DNA of 63,716 nucleotides, the filler included, from Choristocarpus tenellus KU-1152 (Eukaryota > Protista > Phaeophyceae), in the NCBI GenBank assembly GCA_964200185.2. It is 11 parts of 11 records of this genome, joined end to end, with 100 filler letters (N's around TTAATTAATTAA, not from the genome) between each part and the next. Parts side by side here need not be neighbours in the genome. Positions count along the whole stretch, not along the records: positions 7,105 to 15,573 come from CAXNAD020004676.1; positions 15,674 to 19,388 come from CAXNAD020018341.1; positions 19,489 to 23,048 come from CAXNAD020019265.1; positions 23,149 to 28,234 come from CAXNAD020011925.1; 7 more parts are not named here. One strand, given 5' to 3'. Position numbers and translations under genes: made by a program. The notes below the pieces were generated by a model. That model had not been told where the DNA came from. It searched no databases and saw only the letters and a list, made by a program, of their open reading frames with translations. Numbering within the stretch: the first letter of the stretch is position 1; every line of letters starts with the position of its first letter. Positions 10,899-28,217 of this stretch are shown piece by piece.

Positions 10899-13800
10899 AA
10901 ATTGTTGTATTCACTGGCTCTATTCTCTAGTAAAGGTGTGGAGGTATATTTTTAACAGGAATGTTATTATATTCAATATTACCAAAATACTAGTGATATA
11001 ATCCAAAAAAGTAAAAAAAGGATACACGGAAAGACATACCTTTACTGTCCTCCGCCTCAACAAATGATGTGTTGTGGTTACTTTGAACCATCATTCAAAT
11101 ATCTACAAGGAGAGAGTAACACTTAGGACCAGGTAATGAAAAATGCTCAGGTACTCCTGAGCTTCGGCACACCTCTGAACACTTCATGTAAAGAAAAAGT
11201 CTTGTGCGAGAACAACGGCAAACGCAAACCTTCTGACATCCTTGTACCAACGTCTGGTACTTGGCCCGTTACAACATCGGTCACCAAGACTGAGCACGGG
11301 GTAAAGCCTGGAGAAAGTTTGAATAAAGCCCTGATTCCGACCTCTTCTTGGGATATGAATTCCCCTCTTCACCATATCTCCAAGTTCGATACGGGGAAGC
11401 GACGCTTGTCACTCGCTCAGATCCCTCCGAAGTTTGGCGCGTCAACAGGTCAGGGAGTGGAGGACGCTGGAGAGTTCGTGACCTGGTCAATCGGGCAGAG
11501 GGAAGGGGAGCATTCGGAACTAAAACCTGACGAAATGTGGGAGTGGCAGACGATAATGTGTGGAAGTCATCGTTGAAATGAGGTTGGCATGCACACCTGG
11601 GGAACCTAGCACTCGATGCTCCAGACGGAGGAGAGGAGTGAGAGATGAGATTAGCGGGGTCAATTTACCGATCGATCTGGTCACTAGGGTCGAATCTGAA
11701 GGCTAGGCGCTGGTATGCAGATCTTTCTCCGGAGAAATGTATGATATTACTATTTTTGCCTTTCGTTAAAAACCCTCCTGGTTCCTGGGCGAAGATCGAT
11801 GGGCCAACCGTAAAGATTGCTTTTGCACTGGAGCGGTTGATGGAAACACTGAGTGCTGGTGCATTCAGCTTTTAATTTAGGAAATTTCTTGTTGGTGTAG
11901 ATACGTTCAATTGCGAGCTTGCGACCATCGAAGCAACAAATTTATAGCGTTTGCTTGTCGTCACACGTTCGTTTTTGAGTAGATATTAAAAAGGGATGAG
12001 GGGAGCACGTGAGGGAGGTCAAGCTTGTCCCCTGATCCGAGTGAATAGACCCTGGCCACAGTGCAATCAATTTCATTATGATTGGTTAGCCGTGTTAATT
12101 TTCTGTTTGGTAGAGTAGGTATTCGGGAGCCGTACCCTCCCAACATATTGGTTGGATTGAAGGTCCTTATTAGTGTATGTGTGTTCCCTCCATTTCGCCT
12201 TTCAGAGTTCTGTGTTGAGTGCACGAAAAATGAGATGTAAAGAGAGGAACATGGGCAAGCTGAAGGGGCTCACACGCCCAGAATGAACAAAGATAGAATG
12301 ATTACTTGTGGGTGGGGCTGATGGTTTGCTGATTTTGTGTGAAGGATTCACAACAACTTTGAGGTGGATAATCTTTTTCGGCTTCATGTGGTAGTCGCCA
12401 TTCCTCCTTCACCCCTGGATGTGATTTGTGCCCTCCAAATCCCCTGCCCCCAGAAGGAACTTGTGGTATGAGCTGGGAAGGAGGCAATGATTTTCACCAC
12501 AATTGTGTGTTTTGTGTTGGTGAGTTTGTGTGTATGTGCTGAGTGTACGAGTGCTTCTGTGGATGCACTATCTGCTATGGTATAGGTACAGGTCAAGTTG
12601 GAAGCTGAGGAGGCTTGAATCTGATCTTCAGCTGATCATCATCCTGTGTCACCAAGCATTCAAGCAATTGTGTTGCTGTTGGTAGGTTAAGATTTTTCTC
12701 CACTGCATTTGGCAGAATCTTCTGTACAGGAACCCCCTCTTGAGAGAAATGTCTTGCTGCAAAATGGGAAATGGGGCGGGGGTGGNNNNNNNNNNCCGTC
12801 CTCCTTTAGAGAGAATTGTTTTGCGAAAAAGGGGGAGGGGGGGGGGGGGTGGGATTCTTTCTTCTCAAGCCTGAAGTAGGCATTTGCACTGAGTGGAACA
12901 CTCATAGATTAAAAAAAAAAAGTTAATAATGCTCTTCTTTTTTTCCAGCAATGCTTAAACATTGACCTATTTTTGGGCTCAAAATATCCTTGGTTTTGTT
13001 ATCAAAATGCATCCTTTTTTTATATATAATTTCATCTGTAAGACTCTAAAAGTAGAGGCGGTAGGGAGGGGAGCCTTTAGTTCAATTTGTTAAACATGTT
13101 ACATTCAGCCATGGTGATGACCTGACCACATACTGGCTGAATGCCAGCAGAAGACTTTTGTTCACGAGCGATAGTGGGTGCATTAGTGCTTTTCGTTTTG
13201 CTGGCTCTCTGTTCCTACCGATATTTTTTATTGACATAATACCATTGCCCAGCCAGAGCTCTGATTTTTCAGGTTTGGAAGCCTCTTGGGAATTGCTTGG
13301 CGTTCCTTCAGTGCTGATGTAACTGATGTAACTGCCACTTTTTTACGGTCGTGGCATCAACAATCCATTTGCTACCTCCCATTCGATCAAAGAATAATCA
13401 GTGTCATTGTTGAAACCTTTTAAAGCTGTCTGTTATTTCCTTGAGCCTACAGTCTCCACCAATAATGTCCACGTGGATGACCTCAGTACTTCACACGCCT
13501 TATCTCATGTGAACTACAGGCACGCCTTGATTCAATTGAGTATCCCATGCATCATCATGTGTACAGTCGATTCGAGTTTAAACCCACAGATATTGATATA
13601 TTTTTGTATAACTGAACAGTCGGGTTAAGATATACATTTACTTTCATACAAGTTTCCTGTCCCATCCCAAAATGAAACGATTTTGAAGTTTGTTACTTGA
13701 TCAGTACTGACTAATGTGCTGTGTCAGCCAAAAACACTCAACTCTCTCCCTATGACCATATGATACTGGCAAACTGCATCACCCACGGTACAACACACAC

Positions 13801-15305
13801 CACTTGGAATCTAGTTCAGGGTTGTTGCAGTACAGACCAGCGGCGTCATTGATATGGATCACCATAACTAATGTTGTGCAGTCTGCCCTCTTACTAACCT
13901 TGTTCATCAAACGTTCATGATCCAATAGAAGGGTGCCTGTGTAATACTAATCTCTTATTGGCTATCGCGTCTTATCCTTGGCTAGTATGATAATTGACTG
14001 TTTGCTGTCCTAATTAAAATACGAGCAGTTTCCTGTGAGTGGTGTGGTCCCATATTCTTCCTACTTCCCTTTGGCACTTGGCCCCAGTGAATGTACACCT
14101 GAACATGAGGAGCGCTAGAATTCTTGTTCATTTTTGGCAGCATGTTGTTGGAGGGTTCACACACAGCATGGATGAAGAAACACAGGTCTTTGTGTGATAC
14201 GTGATGTCTGGCGTTCGGATTGGATGGGCTGAATGTGACACAGTTTTTTTTTTCTCCATTTCTCCTTAGGATCTTGCAGTGTCGACATCATTGATCGCAT
14301 CCTGCCCCACCTATTGGGTGCTACTGCGTTATGCCTGAGTTTTTTGGGGTGTTTTTCTTACATACACCGGACTCTTTTTCTCTTTTCACTTTCTTTCATG
14401 CTTTCATAAACTTCTCTCTCTTGTTTTTTTTTTCTTGAGTAATGTGTTAATGACTCTCTTCTGACTACCTTTTTAACTACGGGTTTGGGAATTCTCAGAC
14501 CAATTTGAGAACAATAACAGGTTATAATAAAACACCGTTGAAGACAATAATACCATAAATAAGAACAAAAAATAGAACAATATCAACCTGGTGCAGGCAA
14601 GCTGAGTTTTTTGTTTTGATCTTGTTCAACTTTCACCTTTGTTTTCCTAACCCAGAAAGGTAGAGATAATTTTTCAAGAACATATCATGTCTGAGGCAGT
14701 AGTAGTACAACCGTATTTTCCCTTCATTGTCGCTTCGGCACTGCCTATTGTTGTCAAGTGAATTAATCGCTGTTCTCTTCCTTGAAATTTCGCGGCTGGT
14801 CGGCAAGCAACGAGCTTGTTGTGTGTAGGCTTCGCCTAAGATGACCTGTTGTGGCAACGTACGAATGATTCGCCACTAACTTCCTACATAGAAGGTGTGT
14901 GTCAGGGGGTGGGAGTTATAAAAATAAAAATTAGCGAACCTGCCCTGACCCTGCTTTTTTTTAGGATATTCACCCTGTTTTTGATTGGGAATATAGCCCA
15001 ACCTGACACAAGAGGCACTACAATCTGCGCAACTCCTTTTACTCTACTAGTAATACCAAACGTATAGCACTAACTATTGGACTGTTGCAAGGCAGTAGAA
15101 GTCTCGCATTTCATGGATGAGTCATTTTTCAACGTTTGACTTTAGAGCAACATTCTCATCAAAACCCTCTACAGATAGCCAAGTTCAACAGGCTGGGATC
15201 CATTGTGTTCCTCCCATCTACAGTGTTTTCTTTGGTTTTTCCCCTGACACATATCTTCAAAATGTCAGAGGGCAAAATTGAATTGAATGCATCGTGCTTC
15301 TGAGC

Positions 15306-15415
15306 AAAATGCGTAGTCTATGTTGCGAGGAGAAATCATAGTGCTGCAAAGCACCGACGATTAAAATGCGTAGTCTGTGTTGTAAAGAGATGTGATTATG
15401 CTGCAAAGCATCGAT
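15306..15415. repeat. Imperfect 57-bp tandem duplication
   Basis: aaaatgcgtagtct..tgctgcaaagca present twice. Confidence 0.7.
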
Positions 15416-15549
15416 ATATTTAATTCTGTTGTAACTGAGTTCATTGGTCTCTCAGTCAAGAATCATGTGATGTGAATTCAGTGTTCTTTCATGTGATAAC
15501 GAAAGAAGTCCATGAGTGAAGCTGCTAGATGCACCTAGAAATTCAATTT

Positions 15550-15573
15550 GACCGAAAGTATCTGGGAGGGGGG
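15550..15573 (+). mobile_element. MITE family A terminus at contig end
   Basis: GACCGAAAGTATCTGGGAGGGGGG directly before the linker. Confidence 0.65.
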
Positions 15574-16155
15574 NNNNNNNNNNNNNNNNNNNNNNNNNNN
15601 NNNNNNNNNNNNNNNNNTTAATTAATTAANNNNNNNNNNNNNNNNNNNNNNNNNNNNNNNNNNNNNNNNNNNNTAACCGTCACCACCCCCACCGCTTCAC
15701 ATCCACTAAGAACTCCCTCCCCCCCCACCCAACTTTCGACCCCATTAAATCATGACAGGTGAAAGCGGCTTAGTGTAAGAGTGAGGGCAGTCTACTTTGT
15801 GAGGAAGTGGTCGTGACATCTTGGGGTATAGAGTCCTGCGCTCCCTATGTGCTATGTAGAGAACCTTGGCGAATATAGGGTGTCTAGCTTCAGGTACCTG
15901 CCCATGGAGTACCATGTATGGAGTTGGCACTGTCTTATGCAGAGCACACGTGTGTGGCGAAATAGACCTCCACACATCCATTTTTGAAGTGTGTGATAAG
16001 AGCACCGCATGGCATAAGAACATCATCCACAACTCAGGATGAAATCTGCGGATCTGATCAGTTACTTGTAAGGTTTCGGCCTGCCAAACCAAACCCCTTC
16101 CCAGCAAACCCAGCACACTTAGTCCCACACACAACAGCAATGCTATCAACGCCTA

Positions 16156-17845
<1,690 letters not shown>

Positions 17846-19368
17846 TGCCAAGCGTGGGCGAGTGCAAATAGCACCAGGCCTTCGATGCACTTCGATGCAC
17901 TTCACTGAGAAACACTGCAATGAACCTTGAAGAAGAGCCTCGCGCGTTATTTCGCGCGGGTACGGTCAAACTGATGGAATGAAATGAATCAAGAAAATGA
18001 TAATACCATTATATTCTACTTGCACTTATGTGGAAAGGTACATACACACAATACAAAACACGAGTCAGTGCCCTGTTTGAGCTATCACTTCGTAGTCCAA
18101 CTATATACAAAGACCTACTCCACCCAAACTTCAACTCCTTTCAGAACCACAAGAGGTGTGTTGTACCACAGAGCGCTACTGATAGCTCTGTAGCACTCCA
18201 AATTCCAATTCACTGCACCTACCCTAATCCTAACTTGGGTTGGGTCAAGGATTTCAATGATCCAAAGTCAGCACTGCAGATAGTTCACCTGTACTATCCT
18301 CTCTGGCATTTACCACAAACGCGTAGAAAGTCCAAAATGAGGCGGCAAGGCTTCCTTGCCAAGCAAAGCTTAGTCAGGTCATAAACAAGATTCAAGGGAG
18401 GAGACAAAGCAGCAAACAGAGGGATGGCTGAACCCAGCACACAAGAAGCGATAGATGAATGGAGGCAGTGCAATCACTGCTTAGTCGTAGTGCAAAATTG
18501 AGTTAAAAGTAGTAGGGGGAGTGGAAAATGTAGTGCAGTGTGTAGCTCCTCTCTCGTAACCAGGGCAGAGATTCTCACCAGACTGAAGAGATGAATCATA
18601 ACATCAACAATAACAATGACTATAACGTATGTGCTCCGTAATTACTTACACAGTAGTCATCAAGTAGTAGCATCACATCCTCCTCTTGGACCCTGATCCC
18701 GGCGCGCTTCGAGCAGACAAGATATCGCATAACAACGAATTTTTGCACGCAGTATAGCTAACAACCTGTTTGAAGGAGACGCACAATCCCTCGCACCCCT
18801 CCAGGGTTGGGTTCGTACTTCTAGTAGTGAGCAGCACCCCTTCACTATGTCGCTTGTGTAATTGGTGTCAGTACTAGGTTCCTTGATATACATATCTACA
18901 GACAGTTACATCAGCAGGTTCCTCCCTCCTACAAAAAACTTACAATCAAGAGTGATAATAAAAAACGAAACAAGGAAAAAGCATGACAAAAATATTAGTA
19001 CTACTGCGAATGGGTAGTATAAGCAACGTAGCATATACTATTGCCCTGTTGTTGATCTCAGTACTCCCTTCAACAACAGTCAGGAAACACACGGAAGTCA
19101 CATATCCCAAGCCAGAGTCGCGACGAATACGAGGCTATCTACTACTTTGTATCTCGACGTAGAGTAGGTCCTATTATGAATACACAACAGAGATAACCCT
19201 TTTGATAGTGTTAGTAGTAGTGTAAGTGCAAGTAGAAGTGTTGGCGATATTCGCAGTAGTCTGAGGGGTCCCAAAAGCTGTGATCTAGACGTAGTCAGAT
19301 AAGAAGCAATGGGACAAAACTTGCAGTTCATGTAATACAAGAACAAAAATGAACGTGATGTAGGAAAA

Positions 19369-19388
19369 GGGTCAAAGTATCTTGGGGG
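19369..19388 (+). mobile_element. MITE family A terminus at contig end
   Basis: GGGTCAAAGTATCTTGGGGG directly before the linker. Confidence 0.65.
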
Positions 19389-19533
19389 NNNNNNNNNNNN
19401 NNNNNNNNNNNNNNNNNNNNNNNNNNNNNNNNTTAATTAATTAANNNNNNNNNNNNNNNNNNNNNNNNNNNNNNNNNNNNNNNNNNNNGAGCTATGTGAC
19501 AGGGGGGTAAGTAGGAGGTAAGAGGGGATACGA

Positions 19534-22681
<3,148 letters not shown>

Positions 22682-23148
22682 TTACAAGAAACAACACGCA
22701 ACGAGGGAGGGGCGCACATGAAGCGCGGAATGGGATGAGAAAGGGATGAGAAAATAGATTGCACTGTAGTTAGTGCACCGACCACACAACAGAACATTCA
22801 TGGAGAGTTCCTAAGACGTAACATTCTGTTCTCTCAGAACTTGAGTCGGTTTCGGTCGCAGAGTCTAGTCCAGTTCTTTCACAGGCAATAAATCGCAAGT
22901 ACAAGCGGCGCGTAAGAACTAAACGCTAAGACTGTATCCTATACCCCGAGGGCTATCTATCTCACATAAAAAGCAGAAAAAAAAAAATCAACACAACCTA
23001 CGCCTACCCCATCAGTGAACACCTCGTACTCATCTCCAATCTCCCCCCNNNNNNNNNNNNNNNNNNNNNNNNNNNNNNNNNNNNNNNNNNNNTTAATTAA
23101 TTAANNNNNNNNNNNNNNNNNNNNNNNNNNNNNNNNNNNNNNNNNNNN

Positions 23149-23170
23149 CCCCTCCCAGATACTTTGGGTC
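23149..23170. mobile_element. MITE family A terminus at contig start
   Basis: CCCCTCCCAGATACTTTGGGTC directly after the linker. Confidence 0.65.
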
Positions 23171-23559
23171 AAATGAGAATGAAGGCGTTGGGGTTGGGCT
23201 ACAAGGGCCTCCAAGCCCGAAAAATGTCGAAAGGGCTCGCAAGGTGGAGGAGAAAGAGATCGTAACAAAGGCGGGTGTGGAGACTTTTCGATGCCACCAA
23301 ATCCTTTACTTAGAAGAGGTCGCGAAGCAGGTGGAGGTAGTCATCGACTTGGACGCCAGGGAAGAAGAGGAGGTGAGGTTTAAGACTATTTGAACACCGA
23401 AGGTTTTGTTTCCCTCACTTCTTGCAAGATGCAATACATTCGCTTTTGTTCCTGGGCTTAGGGTTGGACATATAAAGTTGATTAAGGTTTCCTCCTGACC
23501 TGCATTCATTCGAGAAATCGACACAATTTTCGATCAACTCAAGCCTGTCCTCCCTCACC

Positions 23560-24200
23560 CTTGCGCCTTGATGATAAAATATCACCCGCCCAGGAAACAC
23601 GGACGATGCCCATTTCCGGCGCTCAACTAGGAAATGTGATCGTGAAGGCTCTAACACTGCAAATCCTGTACCTGTGTATGAACGATGGGAAAGACCATCA
23701 AATGGTGCTCAAGATGGCAGCAGGATATGCGATGGTCAGGTCGGAAAGTGTGAGTAAATGGGAGAGAGACTTCCTAACTAAGGACCACATCAAGGTGTTG
23801 GAGCAACGGCGCGACGAGAGGCGTTTTGCTCTGGGCGTCAACAAGAACATCCTCGCCGATGTCAAAGAGTGGGTGCGCAAACACACAGGAAGAAGAGTGG
23901 GAGGCCTTTTTCCCGCCAAAACCTATACTTTAATCAAGTAATAGCGCATCTGTTGCCACTCTTGGTGAGCTACAATCCAGGGTTGGAAGCCCAACATGAG
24001 CACTGTTTCTTCAAAAAAGAAAAAAATGACGAGAAAATATAAACGAAGTTCGTACTCTGGAAGGCCTTGTGACGAGCATCACGAATATGCTTCTAATTTT
24101 TCAATCCAATGCCTACATCAAAAGTTGTGGCAGGACAACCCGAGAGGGCGAAGCTATTGGTGCCACATCACCCCCCCCCCCAGTGTGGGTTCTGTCTGCA
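23560..24200 (+). mobile_element. Decayed IS630/Tc1-like DNA transposase, N-terminal/HTH part
   Basis: SESVSKWERDFL...ILADVKEWVRKH and YKRSSYSGRPCDEHHEY resemble the HTH and YxDGHERxDVxxYR region of algal/fungal Tc1-like transposases. Frameshifted. Confidence 0.45.
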
Positions 24201-25099
24201 CACGAGAAAAAAAAATGGTGACCAGCACATCATGGCAGACAGTCCCATGGGAGAAAAGGAAGAAGAATCATCTGGGTATCCCAAGAATGTTCATGTAGTC
24301 AATTTGGAGGAGTTTCTTGAAAGGTTGTCCTTAACAGGGTTAGAACTCCAAAGTTGATGGTGGTGGAAAACATCTTATTGCACCTTTAATCACCCAAAGG
24401 TTACGAAGATATCATCCCAGGAATTTTGATACAAAAAAAAGAAGTGCTTGGGTAATTATGGTGATCAAGCTACAATGCCTCAGGTAGTGTAATTTTGAAT
24501 GGAAAACTATTGTCCCTTATTCTTGGTCGTGGGTTGCTCTAGGCCAAAACAGATATCTCAAGAGGAACTGCACTGAGGCGGAGGGTTTTGAAGGAATTGG
24601 ATCAGTGACTACCTTTTGTGGGTGGATCATTACCTTGAACTATTACCTTGTGTTCCTGAAAGCGAAAGGTTACATATCCTGTGTTTGTCAGGAAAGGATT
24701 GTCCACTTCCATTATGAAGAATCTGTATACTGTCTAATCCTTTTGGTTTAAACGTGAAAACTCGATTTCTCCACCTTCAAAGTATTCCTGTTAGTAACCC
24801 TTTTTCCGGAGTTCTGGAGTGATGAGGTTCAGTTTTCTTCTAGTTCCAATCTTTGGATTATGTAGAGCAGAAACCGTGTGCCCGCCGGCGAGGAACACAG
24901 TCATGCCCCACTGAGTGAGCTCAAAACAAAACTCTATTTGCTCAAGGGGAAAACCATTGAGAGGGTCGAGGGAACCCAATGATTTCCTGCTTAAGATAAA
25001 GGATTCAAACCTATAAATGATCATCCCGAGTATTTACATCAATTACTCTCTTTGAGGGTATAGTGAAAGCAACCTTGAAGATGAAAAGAGAGGTGCATG

Positions 25100-28040
25100 T
25101 GGATCTTTCACTCGAAAATCGACAAAAAAGGGATAAAGCTCTGACCACCCCAATATGTGTATGGGCCCATCAACATATCCATTTGAGTGTGGTTAAAACA
25201 TATGTGGGCACCTGTTAAGGAAAAAACGTCAATGACCTAGCGGGTAAGTCATCCACGAGGTTGCCTTGAAACGGATTCAAACCTTGATCGTTACTTCTTT
25301 TAGTGGAATCTGATGTTGTATCAGGCCGGCACCCCACTCTGTGCGCAGTAAATGTAGCCACAGGGACATCACCTTGAGGGTTCGACGCAAAAGCATGTTG
25401 AATGTTCTTGACAACAACGATGGCGGCAATTGATGGAGTCAGGTGTGTTTTTGAATGTGTGATTGTTTTTTCGGCTATTGTGGCAGATGTTGGAGGAGAA
25501 GATTGAAAAGACTCTGGCATCCATACACCTTGGTCACAGGGAGTTTTTGAAGACTTTAGCGTCAGTACACTTTAGTCAGGGAAAACATCCAGATTGTGTC
25601 ATAATCTGTACGCTTCAATAATCTCTGCATACTAAGGAATTTCTTTTGCTTTCCACCAGACATCACTAGCTGGAGCAAAACCTAAAATCAAAGCTGGTAT
25701 GAACAATTATGTTGGGATTTACGACCCACTCCAGGCTTATGGTCTGCAATGCCCTCAGCAAGGTATGACCCTAAAGTTGATTGAACGCTAAAACCTTATT
25801 CTATACCTGGTTCAGGTAATATTCCGCACAAAAATAAAGAATTGAGAGAGAAAATGTGTGTTGTTTAAGTCACGCTATATATACAGTAGTTTCTCGACAG
25901 TTAGCCCATGCCTTCATGTAATAGACTACCAGAGTTACCCTCTCATTAACTTATCATGGTCATCTCCACAAGGACAGTAAATTGGGGTTAGGAGCATCTG
26001 CGGAAGTGTGGGGTTTGTCGCACTTTAGCACCAACGTCACAAATAGGAATGGTGTGTTCAATGGCCTTTGGACTTGTTGCGCAAAGCCATTTCACCAATA
26101 TTCTGTCCTAGCCAGTTCGTATGCCAGTTGTAAATTATCCACTGTGTGTTTACTGTACTCTTGGGTAGAAACAGGCATATAGCCTCTGGTTCTCCCAAAA
26201 TTATATCGATTGGTAATGTGGGTTGTTTCCCAAGCATTACATAAAAAGGGTGTTTCTTGTACAATGGTATTAAAAGCGGTATTGAGAGTCAGTTGCACAA
26301 AAGGCAATACTGGCGCCTAATCCGATTGCTTCATATTGGAATACATAGCTAGTATGCCATGCATTGTTTTGTTAATCTTTTCAACAATGCTTTTGCCTTG
26401 AGATCGATACAGTGTTGGTTTTGTTTTCTTGTATATCCATAGATCTTTTGAAGTTCCAGGATCAGTTTATTTTCAAATTCCTTACCCTGGTCTGAGTGAA
26501 AGGTTTTGGGCCGCCAAGAATAGAAAACGCTCGTTCTGATAACGCTTTTGCTGCAGTTGCCTCTTTTTTTGTCAGGGATAACACTGAGCAAGGCAAACCT
26601 CCCTAAATGGTCAAACAGAAGACAAGCGATAAGCATTTTTTTCTGATTGTGTTTTGTACTTTACCAAAACAATTGTCACTCTCTGAAAGACCCAAAGTAT
26701 CCGAGAGGGGGGGGGGTCTACACCAGAGTGTCCATTTGGACCAAAATCAGGAAAAGTGCATTTACAGTCAGTATCCATCCAACGTATGCAACCAATTTAT
26801 CACCCAAAAATCGCGACATAAAAAAATGGACCCCAAATGGACAGCCGCCACCCCCTCGCAGATACGTTGAGCCAAATGGATATTTTATTTTGCTGGCATA
26901 TGCCCTGGAGGGTTTGATAGCTTTGAAAGTGATGTTTTGCGGCTTCTGTATGATTGACATGTCTCACACTAAGTTCAGACATCTTTATGTAAAGTGGGCC
27001 ACCAAAAGCGGTTACGAATCCAGTCAAACGTGTGCTTGAATGCAAGGTGTCCTGAAACCTTATGGTCATGAAGAGCATGGAGTATTGAACATTGTACCTC
27101 AGTGGGTACCACTAATGTGTCTCTGAATTTATCTTTCTTTCGAAGGTGACCGGGTTGATACGATTTGTATAACATCTGTTTACTTTCCACATCTCTTGTG
27201 TGAAAAAGTAAGAGATGGTATACATTGTTTCTTTGGTAAAATGATTTTTTGAGGATTTTAGCCAAATATCTGAAATAGTCTCCACTTTGAGCTTGTTGAG
27301 CATTGAATGGTACTTCAGGATCCACTGTGGGGAAAACATTAACAATGCTAGTGAATAGTAGTTCCGTATCGTTTTGTACTCTGGTAATTTCACCGAGTTT
27401 ATCCACTGATAGATCATATGCACAGCACGGTAAACCTTGGGTGTGGAGACATCCGACTCTGTTTGACCTATATTGCGTTACAATGGGGCTAGTGGAAGTG
27501 GAGTTTCATCCAACATAAATTCCTCCAAACGTGTCCAGGATAACACATCCGGAGTGTGATGCAAGCATCCTGGTTTATATACAACCGTGAAGTCAAAGGC
27601 CTGTAAGGCTAACGCCCATCAGTCAACATATTGGAAATATCTTGCATTGTATGTAACCGACGTAATGCCGAATGATCACTTACAAATGTAAAGCACTTAC
27701 CCCGAATATATGGGTGCCAAAGTGTTATGGCAAGGATGATGGCCAGACATTGTTTCTGAGTTGCTGAATATCGTCTTTGGTTGGCATAAAAAAGAGCACT
27801 ATGGTAGGCTACAATCCGGAAACTATCGTCCTCATTTTAATATTCCAAAAAGACTCCCATGCCAACATCACTAGCATGCATGTAGAGAAAAAACTCCCGA
27901 CTAAAATCTGGAAAGCTTAATATTGGCGTCATAGCTAATAGTCGTTTAAACTCCTTAAAGGAATTTTGTTATGGTCGTCCCCATAGTTGAGAAAGGCTTT
28001 TGTCCCTTACAGACCTTTTTGTACTTTCCTTGTACGTGAT
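25100..28040 (-). mobile_element. Decayed Ty3/Gypsy pol (RT end, RNase H, integrase)
   Basis: RNase H-like stretch ~27550-27950. Integrase HHCC LHDHKVSGHLAFKHTFDWIRNRFWWPTLHKDV..CETCQ. Core FHSDQGKEFENK and LPFVQLTLNTAFN. Confidence 0.88.
26689..26873 (+). mobile_element. Complete 185-bp MITE (family A) inserted in the Gypsy integrase, TSD AAA
   Basis: TIRs GACCCAAAGTATC / GATACGTTGAGCC flanked by AAA on both sides. Excising the element and one TSD restores CCA TTT CAG AGA GTG (PFQRV) in the integrase. Confidence 0.9.
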
Positions 28041-28217
28041 GGCTCAAAGTATCGGGGAAGGGGTAGCGGCTGTCCATTTGGGGTCAATTTTTTCATGTCG
28101 CGTTTTTTGGGCGATTTGATTGCATATGTCGGATGGATAATGTAAATGCACTTTTCCTGATTTTGGTCAAATGGACGCCCTGGTGTAGATCCCCCCCCCC
28201 CCCAGATCCTTTAGCTC
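28041..28217 (-). mobile_element. MITE family A, complete, inverted relative to 26689-26873
   Basis: Reverse-complement similarity across the whole length. No TSD seen. Confidence 0.85.

Noticed and set aside
11100-14300. Several 60-146 aa ORFs, possibly TE or pseudogene remnants, or downstream FAP exons
   Set aside because: No diagnostic motif; no GMC C-terminal exons found here.
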